IMG/VR virus record: IMGVR_UViG_3300006217_000017
Location: 1 to 64,000 of that record
Length of the DNA: 64,000 nucleotides
Direction: 5' to 3' (one strand)
From: a virus
Position 1 is the first letter of the stretch, and every line of letters starts with the position of its first letter. The notes beneath the pieces are model-generated. The model had not been told where the DNA came from. It saw only the letters and a list, made by a program, of their open reading frames with translations, and ran no database searches. The position numbers and the translations under genes are program-made. Shown here piece after piece: positions 34,942 to 42,302 of this stretch.

Positions 34942-36911
34942 TCCGCTACCTCAATTTTCAATTCCTTGCAACTCGGCTCAACATACAAGCTGATTACCTG
35001 ACAATCCATTTTTGGTATCTCTGTGCAGCTCTCCCGATTATCCACAAATACAGGGCAGTACACATCATGGAATTTCTGCAACGTCCGTATGATGTCAAGC
35101 CCGCACTGTATCTTTGCCGCTGAATTAAGGCTTGCATACGGCACGCCGCCATACTCACATTCGCACGTTTCGGCAAGTCCGCCGTTTATCTGGTTTTTGA
35201 AGAGAATAAAGTTTACCATTTCAAACTGGCTGTTGATTGTTTCTGATACCGAATCCATTTTGTATCTGATAAATTCCTCAAGCAGATACAGCATTTTCTC
35301 TTGGTCGGCTACTTTCTGCGCAACCTCCCGCTGTTCTTTCTGTAATTCAGCGATACGGCTGTCGGCTTCGTTGTTTATCTTCACAAGGACAAACTGCTCT
35401 TTTACCACGCCCATCTGTTTTTGAAGTTCCTCAGCTTCGTCTTTCAATTTCTGTCTGATTTCCTCCGCACTGTTGCCCTTGTTCATGGCAGCTTCTTTCT
35501 CGGCAATCTTTCTTTTAATTTCCTGCACTTCTGGGCGGTCGGAAATTTCCACGGACTGTGGCACTTCTTCAAGAGATTTTTCTAATCCTTTGATTGCTTC
35601 CAAAAGATTGATTTCCTCGTCCTCATTCTCTTTCAGTGTGGCTTTCAACTGCTCGATTTCTGCCTTGTCCTTGTCGATAGCCGCCTTTAATCCATTCCCT
35701 CTTTCCGCAACCGCCGCTCGCTCACTTTCCAGTCGCTTAATTTCTTCTGTTTTATGGCTGTCAAATTCTGCCCGTAATTGCTCTTTTCTATCTTCTGGAT
35801 ATTCTTGTCCACAATAGGAACAAACAAGGCTGTTTTCGTCAAATACGCGCTCATTCTCGGCTTTTACTTGACTGTCAAGTGCACTCCATTTCTGGCGGCA
35901 AATTTGAATCTGTGTTGTGTTTCTCTTAATGGAATCCTCTGCCGATTGAATGTCCTGCTTATTCAGCCGAATTTGATGTTTGACTTCTTTCATCTGGAAG
36001 TCTAAGTCATCAAGTTCTCTGCGGATTTCTCTGCGTTTATTGTCAAGGCTTTCATTAGCTTTCTGTTGCAGTCCATTCAATTCCATTCGCAACTCAATAA
36101 CTCCATCACTTGCCTTTTGCTGTTCATCAAATTCCTTTGAAATATCCTCCTGCTTTGCCTTGTTCTCGGCAATCTGCTCATTCAAGGAGTTTTTCAGAAG
36201 TTCCAACTCGGCAACATCAATGTCAACTTTCTGCTTTTCCGCCTCGTCAATGCGGACTGGCAACTCTGCCTGTTTTTTCTTCCACTCATTTAAGGCTTTC
36301 TGGTATTTCTTCTTGATGTCGTCCGTTGACGGTGCTTTCTCTAACTCGCTGATAAGGTCTGCAAAACGCTTGTCCTGCCCTGCCAGTTCCACATCTGAAA
36401 TATCCGTCACAAACCGCATAAGGATTTCCCTCTGTTCTTGCCATTTCATGTTAGGGAAATAGGTAGGGGAAGTTAGGATTTTGAATAAATCCTCGCCTAC
36501 GATACCAGCGACACATTCTTTGTATTCCTTTTCGGATTTCGGATAGCCGTCTACCTCGTAGGAATTTACATTGCCTTGCAGTGTGGTTACAGAAGAACTT
36601 CTTTGCTTTACCCATTTTTGTTTCTGCACCTTTTTCAGTTCCATTTCCTTTCCGTCAATATCAATCACTGCCGACACGCAGATTTCCACGTTATCAATCT
36701 GATTTCCGTCTTTGTCAAGCGGTCGTATGCTGAATTTCTCGTTGCCTGCACTGTCCTTGTTGAACAAAAGCCACCAAAGGCTGTCGGCTATCGTGGTCTT
36801 GCCTGTTGCATTGGCTCCTATAACGGACGCATTCTTGCCCTCGAAATTGTATGTAGCCTGTTTTACGCCTTTGAAATTCTCAAGACTTATGGATTTAATT
36901 TTTGCCTGCAT
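34938..36911 (-). CDS. SbcC/RecF-like (SMC-type) AAA ATPase
   Basis: N-terminal SISLENFKGV...VIGANATGKTTIADSLWWLLF, a long coiled-coil with a central CxxC (CSYCG), and a C-terminal VFVDNRES. Confidence 0.75.
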   Translation of the reverse strand: MQAKIKSISLENFKGVKQATYNFEGKNASVIGANATGKTTIADSLWWLLFNKDSAGNEKFSIRPLDKDGNQIDNVEICVSAVIDIDGKEMELKKVQKQKWVKQRSSSVTTLQGNVNSYEVDGYPKSEKEYKECVAGIVGEDLFKILTSPTYFPNMKWQEQREILMRFVTDISDVELAGQDKRFADLISELEKAPSTDDIKKKYQKALNEWKKKQAELPVRIDEAEKQKVDIDVAELELLKNSLNEQIAENKAKQEDISKEFDEQQKASDGVIELRMELNGLQQKANESLDNKRREIRRELDDLDFQMKEVKHQIRLNKQDIQSAEDSIKRNTTQIQICRQKWSALDSQVKAENERVFDENSLVCSYCGQEYPEDRKEQLRAEFDSHKTEEIKRLESERAAVAERGNGLKAAIDKDKAEIEQLKATLKENEDEEINLLEAIKGLEKSLEEVPQSVEISDRPEVQEIKRKIAEKEAAMNKGNSAEEIRQKLKDEAEELQKQMGVVKEQFVLVKINNEADSRIAELQKEQREVAQKVADQEKMLYLLEEFIRYKMDSVSETINSQFEMVNFILFKNQINGGLAETCECEYGGVPYASLNSAAKIQCGLDIIRTLQKFHDVYCPVFVDNRESCTEIPKMDCQVISLYVEPSCKELKIEVAE

Positions 36912-37257
36912 TGTTGACCTCGCTTTCTAAAATTTTAATTATCTCCAATGCTTTATCATAAGAAAGTGTTTTCTTGTTCAATTTCTCCGAAAGAGATAAT
37001 GCTTTTGAAATGACAGCGTTTTCTTTTATTCTCTTATAATCCTCCTCTTTTGGAATTGAAAGATTTGCTCCTCTTCCATATGAATCAGCACCCATTTCAC
37101 GACCATATTTATCAAATTGAGAACTACTTCCCTCAATCCGTATTCTTCCAGTCGGCGTAACTCTTGTAACGGTTTCGATTCGTTCTACGGCTCCGCCAAA
37201 AGTCCAATATTGGTAAAGGACTTTATCTCCTGCTTTAACTTTTAATTCTTCCCACAT
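36895..37257 (-). CDS. hypothetical protein
   Basis: 120-aa ORF lying in series. Confidence 0.45.
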   Translation of the reverse strand: MWEELKVKAGDKVLYQYWTFGGAVERIETVTRVTPTGRIRIEGSSSQFDKYGREMGADSYGRGANLSIPKEEDYKRIKENAVISKALSLSEKLNKKTLSYDKALEIIKILESEVNNAGKN

Positions 37258-37380
37258 TCTAATTTTCCTCTCTTTCCTCGCATTGTTTCAGATATTCCTC
37301 ATGCCGCTTTCTTTCTTCCTTTTAGATTTCTCTTATCGAAACCTTGTTTCGGATAAAGTAGTCAACCGTTTTTATTACTA

Positions 37381-38019
37381 TTATTCAATCACTTCCATTC
37401 GAGAAACCGAAAAATCATAAGCTGTCCTTTTTTCACCTTCCGTTTCGGAAATCTGTTTATAATATTCCCTGCTCTGGATTCTTCCCTCAATCTGCAGCCT
37501 TGTTCCTACTTCCAAGCCACTTGCAAATCTTGCATTTCTTCCCCATGTGATACACGGTATGTAGTCCGATTTTCCATATGGGCGGTTGACCGCAAGAAGA
37601 ATGTCTGCAATTTCCCTGCCAAGCGGTGTTTTTCGGTAAATTGGCTGTTTGCAGATGTAGCCGTCAAGGAAAATGTGGTTTTCGTCATGCCCACTACCCG
37701 GTTCTTCGTGTTCAAATTCGATTTCCTCAAACTCCCTCACAAACACCGACAACATAAGTTGATTTTTCTCGCCCTCATGCTTGTTGTGTGACCGGAACTG
37801 CCCAGATACTTTTACAAACCTCCCTGTCCAATCCGCTTCCACATCCACAAGCCTGTCCGATACCATAATCGGAACAATGTCTTTCTGGCTGCTTAATCTC
37901 TCACTTGAAAGCATGGCAGTGTAAAATCCCTCTCCATAGCACTCATGGCTGAACTCAAAATTGCTTACGATTTCGCCGCTTAATGTTACTTTGTTGTTTT
38001 CAATCCTTGTTTCGTTCAT
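37381..38019 (-). CDS. two-OB-fold SSB-like protein
   Basis: Two halves, each with an OB-like pattern. The second half reads LAVNRPYGKSDYIPCITWGRNARFASGLEVGTRLQIEGRIQSREY. Confidence 0.5.
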   Translation of the reverse strand: MNETRIENNKVTLSGEIVSNFEFSHECYGEGFYTAMLSSERLSSQKDIVPIMVSDRLVDVEADWTGRFVKVSGQFRSHNKHEGEKNQLMLSVFVREFEEIEFEHEEPGSGHDENHIFLDGYICKQPIYRKTPLGREIADILLAVNRPYGKSDYIPCITWGRNARFASGLEVGTRLQIEGRIQSREYYKQISETEGEKRTAYDFSVSRMEVIE

Positions 38020-38031
38020 TATTTTTCTCCT

Positions 38032-38340
38032 TTAATCCTCTCTTAATTTGGTAACAATCGTGTATAAAACTGCTGAATTTGTTGTTTCCTTTATGCCTAA
38101 ACGCTTCCACGCTTCACTATCTTTATCAATCCTCGAAAATGCGTGTCTAATTCCCCTTTCAACTCTTGCGGTATTGGAATTAAATTCTTTCGCCACTTCG
38201 CTGTAAATCCACATGATTTTCATTCGTTCTTTGCTTTGCCTTATAATTTCAATAGCTTTGCAAATATAGGCAAAATCATACAAATTAGGATAAATCCCTA
38301 ATTCAATTAGAAAATCTTCGACTTTCTTTTTCATTGACAA
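38032..38340 (-). CDS. Spo0A C-terminal (DNA-binding) domain-only protein
   Basis: Segment-by-segment match to the Spo0A effector domain. ELGIYPNLYDFAYICKAIEI matches the EIGVPAHIKGYLYLREAI type. IYSEVAKEFNSNTARVERGIRHAF matches the [24 protein letters not shown] type. TNSAVLYTIVTKLR matches the TNSEFIAMVADKLR type. There is no receiver domain. Confidence 0.8.
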   Translation of the reverse strand: MSMKKKVEDFLIELGIYPNLYDFAYICKAIEIIRQSKERMKIMWIYSEVAKEFNSNTARVERGIRHAFSRIDKDSEAWKRLGIKETTNSAVLYTIVTKLRED

Positions 38341-38386
38341 ATCTCCTTTCTCGCCTTAAAATAGGCATAAAGATAGCCTTATCCGG

Positions 38387-38554
38387 CTATTCATCCCCAC
38401 TTGGATTTGCGGTCTGTGTGGGGATTTTTTCTTTCTTTTCTATTGCACTGATATTCACAAAACCTTTTACCTTCCCATCTCTAATCAGCGTAACTTTCCC
38501 TTGTTTTTCAAATTTTTCAATGCACTTTTGCACTGTTACTGTTTCTAAATTCAC
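38387..38554 (-). CDS. hypothetical 55-aa protein
   Basis: GTG start overlapping the previous stop (GTGA), with a strong RBS (aaggaggg). Hand translation: (M)NLETVTVQKCIEKFEKQGKVTLIRDGKVKGFVNISAIEKKEKIPTQTANPSGDE. Confidence 0.4.
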   Translation of the reverse strand: MNLETVTVQKCIEKFEKQGKVTLIRDGKVKGFVNISAIEKKEKIPTQTANPSGDE

Positions 38555-38742
38555 TTTTTCCCTCCTTTCTTTGGAATTGCGTATCGGTTAACTCGCCTTA
38601 TCTTCTCTGACGACTTATGTATTATTTTTAGATAAAATTCTGTCTGCTCAATCAGCATCCAGTTGTCAGGATTTAACCCATTCGCTGATACAGCAATCTT
38701 TTGTTCTCTCGTAAGTTTCTTAGGCTGTTTCATCATCTCCAC
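38551..38742 (-). CDS. hypothetical protein
   Basis: 63-aa ORF lying in series. Confidence 0.4.
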   Translation of the reverse strand: MEMMKQPKKLTREQKIAVSANGLNPDNWMLIEQTEFYLKIIHKSSEKIRRVNRYAIPKKGGKK

Positions 38743-38842
38743 CTTTCTTTTTGCAACTCAAATAAATTCCATATCCGATAAATGATACAACTTCAAAAAT
38801 CACAGTTACAATCACTCCACACCAAAATTCTGGTATATACAT
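38720..38842 (-). CDS. 40-aa single-TM peptide
   Basis: Hand translation: MYIPEFWCGVIVTVIFEVVSFIGYGIYLSCKKKGGDDETA. Confidence 0.3.
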   Translation of the reverse strand: MYIPEFWCGVIVTVIFEVVSFIGYGIYLSCKKKGGDDETA

Positions 38843-38850
38843 TCGTTCAC

Positions 38851-38982
38851 CTACTTTCCACAACTATTTTCTTTTTCATCTTTTTTCGCCTTCTTTCGGA
38901 ACAATAAAGTGAACATTACAAAAACAACTGCGCACCCTATTGTTCCGTTTATAAATCCAAGCCAAAACCCCAAATGAAACAT
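38851..38982 (-). CDS. 43-aa single-TM peptide
   Basis: Hand translation: MFHLGFWLGFINGTIGCAVVFVMFTLLFRKKAKKDEKENSCGK. Confidence 0.3.
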   Translation of the reverse strand: MFHLGFWLGFINGTIGCAVVFVMFTLLFRKKAKKDEKENSCGK

Positions 38983-39077
38983 CTTACTTCCCCTTCTTCT
39001 TTTTCTTTGTATTACTGTTCTTGGAAGAATTACTACTTTGATTAGAGTAGTTATTTCTCCTTTTTACCGCATATCCT

Positions 39078-39461
39078 TTACTGGTCGCTCGGTTTTTCTT
39101 TGACCTTATCCTCTGCCCCATTCAATAAATCTCCTTGCTCTCCATAATTTGCGTTGTTGATTCCTTCGCCGTCTTGTGAAATAAAATCATAGTCAGAGAA
39201 AAGTTCCTTCCAATCCTTTTCGTTTTGTTGGTTGATATTCATTTGATGAAGCAATGCTCCACCAAGCGTAATTCCAAGCGTCGCAAATGCTACGCTTGCA
39301 AAGATTACCCACCGTTTTGACACCTTTTCAATGTGGTAAATCACGGACGATGAAATGTTCGGTTCCTGCTCCTGCATGGTTGTTTCCTTATTCTGTTCCA
39401 TAAAAATATCCTCCCGTTTTCTTTTTTGATTGCCGATACAGGAGAATTGTGGTATAATCAT
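39078..39461 (-). CDS. membrane protein, function unknown
   Basis: 127 aa with a central TM segment (WVIFASVAFATLGITLGGALL). Confidence 0.45.
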   Translation of the reverse strand: MIIPQFSCIGNQKRKREDIFMEQNKETTMQEQEPNISSSVIYHIEKVSKRWVIFASVAFATLGITLGGALLHQMNINQQNEKDWKELFSDYDFISQDGEGINNANYGEQGDLLNGAEDKVKEKPSDQ

Positions 39462-39501
39462 CCCGAATCGGTATGTTGGTTAATGGTTGATACTGATTCA
39501 C

Positions 39502-39532
39502 GCCCCACCAGTATTTGCGGTACTGGTGGGGC
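39502..39532 (-). terminator. strong hairpin between early genes (attenuator or terminator candidate)
   Basis: gccccaccagta-tttgcgg-tactggtggggc, a perfect 12-bp stem. No clean T-run follows on the minus strand. Confidence 0.35.
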
Positions 39533-39546
39533 TATTTCCTTATTCC

Positions 39547-39687
39547 TTAGTCAAAATCAATGAAATCGTCTTCATAATACAGCATGTTATAGGCTGTTTC
39601 ATCCAATTTCTGTTCATTAAAATGCGGAGCCAATCCATTATCGTTCTTAATATAATCATACGTAAATTTTTCGTTTTTCTCGCCCAT
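39547..39687 (-). CDS. hypothetical 46-aa acidic protein
   Basis: Hand translation: MGEKNEKFTYDYIKNDNGLAPHFNEQKLDETAYNMLYYEDDFIDFD. Confidence 0.35.
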   Translation of the reverse strand: MGEKNEKFTYDYIKNDNGLAPHFNEQKLDETAYNMLYYEDDFIDFD

Positions 39688-39714
39688 TTGTACACCTCTC
39701 ATTATTATTTTCGC

Positions 39715-39930
39715 TCATACTCCAATTAAATTGGATTTATCAGGCACAAAAATAAAATCCATCGGAATTCCGGACAATTCGCTCATTTTCCGCAACTGCG
39801 ATAATGACGGCTCTGTATTTCCCTTTTCCCAATTTACAACGGTTGCCTGCGAAACACCGAGCGTTTTCGCCCATTCTTTCTGCTTCATATTCGCATTTAC
39901 CCTTACCGCTTCTAGTGAAATTCTCGGCAT
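39715..39930 (-). CDS. Cro-like XRE-family HTH regulator (first gene of the early operon)
   Basis: MKQKEWAKTLGVSQATVVNWEKGNTEPSLSQLRKMSELSGIP. Confidence 0.8.
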   Translation of the reverse strand: MPRISLEAVRVNANMKQKEWAKTLGVSQATVVNWEKGNTEPSLSQLRKMSELSGIPMDFIFVPDKSNLIGV

Positions 39931-39961
39931 TTACACCACTCCTTTCTTTATTTCTAAATTC

Positions 39962-40048
39962 ATTTTAATTGAATTTCTGCCAGTTGTCAAGCGCAAATTC
40001 AAAAATATTGAATTTTATATTGAATTATTTTGAATTATGGGATATAAT
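39962..40048. promoter_or_regulatory. divergent promoter and operator region of the lysis-lysogeny switch
   Basis: Minus-strand promoter: TTGACA (39985-39990 rc), 17 nt, TAAAAT (39962-39967 rc). Plus-strand promoter: TTGAAT (40020-40025), 17 nt, TATAAT (40043-40048). Four copies of TTGAATT lie at 39969, 40008, 40020 and 40030. Confidence 0.6.
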
Positions 40049-40066
40049 AAATTTTAGAAAGGAGGT

Positions 40067-40444
40067 ATGCCAAGAATGACAGATGATGAACAAAAGAAGA
40101 TATTCGCAAAAAATCTGAACAAGTATATATCGCTGAACCAAAAACAACAAAAAGAAGTTGCGGACGATTTGGGGATAAACCCTACAACATTGAATATGTG
40201 GTGCAAGGGAAACGCCATGCCGAGCGTTGGAAAGATTCAAAAGCTGGCTGATTATTTTCGAATAGGTAAATCTGACTTGACTGACGAAAAGGAAGATTCT
40301 GACGCTGATATGGAATTTATGGATAGGGCGATGAAGATTGCCATAAATGACAAGCGGTTTTCCGAAATCGTGATAGGATACAGCAAACTGCCGACAGATA
40401 AGAAAGATTTGATTTGCGATTTCTTTGAAAAATTCATCTTGTGA
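40067..40444 (+). CDS. CI-like XRE-family repressor (no S24 peptidase domain)
   Basis: IFAKNLNKYISLNQKQQKEVADDLGINPTTLNMWCKGNAMPSVGKIQKLADYF. The gene is divergent from the cro-like gene. Confidence 0.75.
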   Translation: MPRMTDDEQKKIFAKNLNKYISLNQKQQKEVADDLGINPTTLNMWCKGNAMPSVGKIQKLADYFRIGKSDLTDEKEDSDADMEFMDRAMKIAINDKRFSEIVIGYSKLPTDKKDLICDFFEKFIL

Positions 40445-40449
40445 GGATT

Positions 40450-40477
40450 GCAGGGAGTTATTCTCTCCCTGCTTTTT
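40450..40477 (+). terminator. rho-independent terminator after the repressor gene
   Basis: gcagggag-ttattct-ctccctgc followed by ttttt. Confidence 0.6.
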
Positions 40478-40598
40478 CTTCTGCATATCCGCTTTTAACC
40501 AATGCATAGATTAGTTTTAGTATTGCCGGATTCTCGATTTTCTCCACCAGTTCGGTGATTTTCTTTCTATAATAGTCTTTTTCTTTTATTTTTTCCAT
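40458..40598 (-). CDS. hypothetical 46-aa protein
   Basis: Hand translation: MEKIKEKDYYRKKITELVEKIENPAILKLIYALVKSGYAEEKAGRE. The RBS is ggagggaat. Confidence 0.4.
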   Translation of the reverse strand: MEKIKEKDYYRKKITELVEKIENPAILKLIYALVKSGYAEEKAGRE

Positions 40599-40736
40599 AT
40601 ATTCCCTCCAAAATATTTTTTTATTTCCAAAAAAGTAGTAAAATTGGTTTTTGAAATCTATAGGATAATATTACCACAAAAAAATGAGGAGGAAATGCAC
40701 GGACTTGCATAAAAATACGATAATTATTGCCCAAAA

Positions 40737-41063
40737 GTGCAAAAATTAATTATGGTAGAAAAGTATATGAAAAATTTAAGGGAATTAATATTAAAAAAAA
40801 TGGAGGAAGAAAATTACACAATAGCAAGATTTTCTGATGAATGTGGAGTTTCTGAAAGAGAGATTTGCAAAATAAAAAATGGTCAAGCTTCAAATATACA
40901 ATTTGATACACTTGTTAAGATTTGTGAAAATTCTGGTATTCACTATGAAGATATTTTTTGCTTAGATAATGTGAATTCTTCTAGGTTAGAAGTGTTATTA
41001 GGAAATATTTTATTTATTTACAAAAACCAAAAATATAAAATTTGCTTAATAAACAAAGAATAA
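40737..41063 (+). CDS. XRE-family HTH protein in an AT-rich segment
   Basis: YTIARFSDECGVSEREICKIKNGQASNIQFDTLVKICENSGIHYEDIF. The likely start is the internal MKNLREL. Confidence 0.65.
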   Translation: MQKLIMVEKYMKNLRELILKKMEEENYTIARFSDECGVSEREICKIKNGQASNIQFDTLVKICENSGIHYEDIFCLDNVNSSRLEVLLGNILFIYKNQKYKICLINKE

Positions 41064-41142
41064 TAAGTATTTATTCCGATTTAGATTTCAGTTTAATACA
41101 TTTCTAGAATGTTAAAAATAAGTTCTGAAAATAATCAAAAAT

Positions 41143-41173
41143 GAACCACATATCTCTCCTAGATATGTGGTTC
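41143..41173 (-). terminator. terminator of the late (tail) operon
   Basis: gaaccacatatct-ctcct-agatatgtggttc, a perfect 13-bp stem. On the minus strand it is followed by atttttgattatttt. Confidence 0.65.
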
Positions 41174-41288
41174 GCAAAATAAACAGAAAATTTATTTCAA
41201 TCTATTTAACGCAATGCATCTTTGAAAATCCCCCATATATACTTTTTTCTTAATTATAAAATATTTTTCAAACCCAGTTGTACCATTT

Positions 41289-41327
41289 TGACTGGAGCGG
41301 TTAGTAAGCTAAACACCGATTTGCAGG
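41289..41327. repeat. left inverted repeat of the tail-fibre tip cassette
   Basis: The core GCGGTTAGTAAGCTAAACACCGATTTGCAGG (41297-41327) is identical to the reverse complement of 41953-41983. A flanking TGACTGG extends the match to 39 bp with one mismatch. Confidence 0.95.
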
Positions 41328-41617
41328 CCGCAAAAACGGAAGTTGTACCGGGCATTACTTGCATCAAGTATGGGAAAACCATCATAGTCAATATTGACAA
41401 GGAGATAGATTTCCACGGTGGCTGGAACGTAATAGCTAGCTTACCCTATGCGGCCTTTGGGGTGACAGTAATGTATGGGATTTTCCACACATATGGCGGG
41501 GATGATGCAGGGATTATCCGGGTTTACCAGAAATCGCTGGAACTGGAGATACAGAATTTCAAGGAAGAAAAGACAATCCGGGCAAGGGGAGCGGTTTCAT
41601 ACATTACAGAAGGCTAA
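41289..41617 (+). other. silent alternative tail-fibre C-terminal cassette (startless)
   Basis: The frame reads LTGAVSKLNTDLQ followed by 96 different residues (AAKTEVVPGITCIKYG...AVSYITEG*). There is no convincing RBS or start. Sequence upstream of the repeat is AT-rich and looks non-coding. Confidence 0.7.
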
Positions 41618-41644
41618 GCCGTCCTCTCGCATATGCTGGATTTA

Positions 41645-41660
41645 ATGCCCATTGGGGCAT
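41645..41660. terminator. small hairpin between the two convergent tip cassettes
   Basis: atgccc-attg-gggcat. Confidence 0.3.
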
Positions 41661-41662
41661 GC

Positions 41663-42289
41663 CTAAATTGCAGTTTCATCCCAGTTTGTAGTGTATCTTT
41701 TTACGTTATTTACTATTTTAGTGTAGAAAACCACTCCTTTGGTAGCATAAGAAAACACAATGGCTGATGCATGGGTCCTTTCCCGGAATGGCTGGATGAT
41801 GATCCTATATGTTGGACCCATGACAAAATAGCCAATATATGTGTCGTTCAGTGCCAACGGAAACTTATTAAGTATTTCCTTCACGACATCATCAAGCGTC
41901 TTCTTGCTCCCATCATATGCCCCAAAATCAATACACTTTATGCCATCCATGCCCTGCAAATCGGTGTTTAGCTTACTAACCGCGCCAGTCAGCGTCCCAT
42001 CCCCTATGCTTGCAATATCAGTTGTCCCAAGCATTTTGTAAAGCCACCGGATGTTCTTAAACATTGTGGATATTTTATTGAAAATACTGCTGTGTTTTTC
42101 GCCCGTTGCCAGCAGTGGGGCATCCGTCCAAGCAGCAGGGGATAGGCTGTCTGCGCTGGTGAAACTTACCGTGCTGTCTTTGCTGTCACCTGTTTTCTTT
42201 AAGTATGTTTCTGCTATGCTATTGCCATTTTCATCCGATATGGCTTTCCTGCAAGTACCTTCGATAGTGTCTTTTAAATATAATCCCAT
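41663..42289 (-). CDS. tail fibre protein with an exchangeable C-terminal tip
   Basis: 208 aa. It is the last gene of the tail operon. It contains ...DIASIGDGTLTGAVSKLNTDLQ at residues ~90-112, encoded by the right inverted repeat. Confidence 0.7.
   Translation of the reverse strand: MGLYLKDTIEGTCRKAISDENGNSIAETYLKKTGDSKDSTVSFTSADSLSPAAWTDAPLLATGEKHSSIFNKISTMFKNIRWLYKMLGTTDIASIGDGTLTGAVSKLNTDLQGMDGIKCIDFGAYDGSKKTLDDVVKEILNKFPLALNDTYIGYFVMGPTYRIIIQPFRERTHASAIVFSYATKGVVFYTKIVNNVKRYTTNWDETAI
41953..41991. repeat. right inverted repeat of the tail-fibre tip cassette
   Basis: Reverse complement of 41289-41327 (31 bp perfect; 39 bp with one mismatch). Confidence 0.95.
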
Positions 42290-42302
42290 GGAAATTCCCT
42301 CC

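Noticed and set aside
37258-37380. Possible small ORFs or a disrupted gene in the 123-bp gap upstream of 36895..37257
   Set aside because: Only short frames without start codons are present, plus a weak hairpin (cgaaac/gtttcg). The evidence is not enough to call a feature.
40025-40507. 160-aa minus-strand ORF overlapping the repressor gene
   Set aside because: The plus-strand frame encodes a clean XRE HTH with a promoter, RBS and terminator. The minus-strand product is low-complexity and has no signals.
41222-41288. The ATG at 41222 as a genuine start of an independent 131-aa plus-strand gene
   Set aside because: The first ~22 codons (MKIPHIYFFLNYKIFFKPSCTI) are AT-rich read-through of intergenic sequence with no RBS. 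Similarity to the fibre begins only at the inverted repeat. A silent cassette is the better reading.
41289-41991. Diversity-generating retroelement (template/variable repeat) as the explanation for the duplicated fibre segment
   Set aside because: No reverse transcriptase is present in the window. The shared segment is only 31-39 bp, nearly identical and inverted. It shows no adenine-specific mismatches over a ~100-bp repeat.
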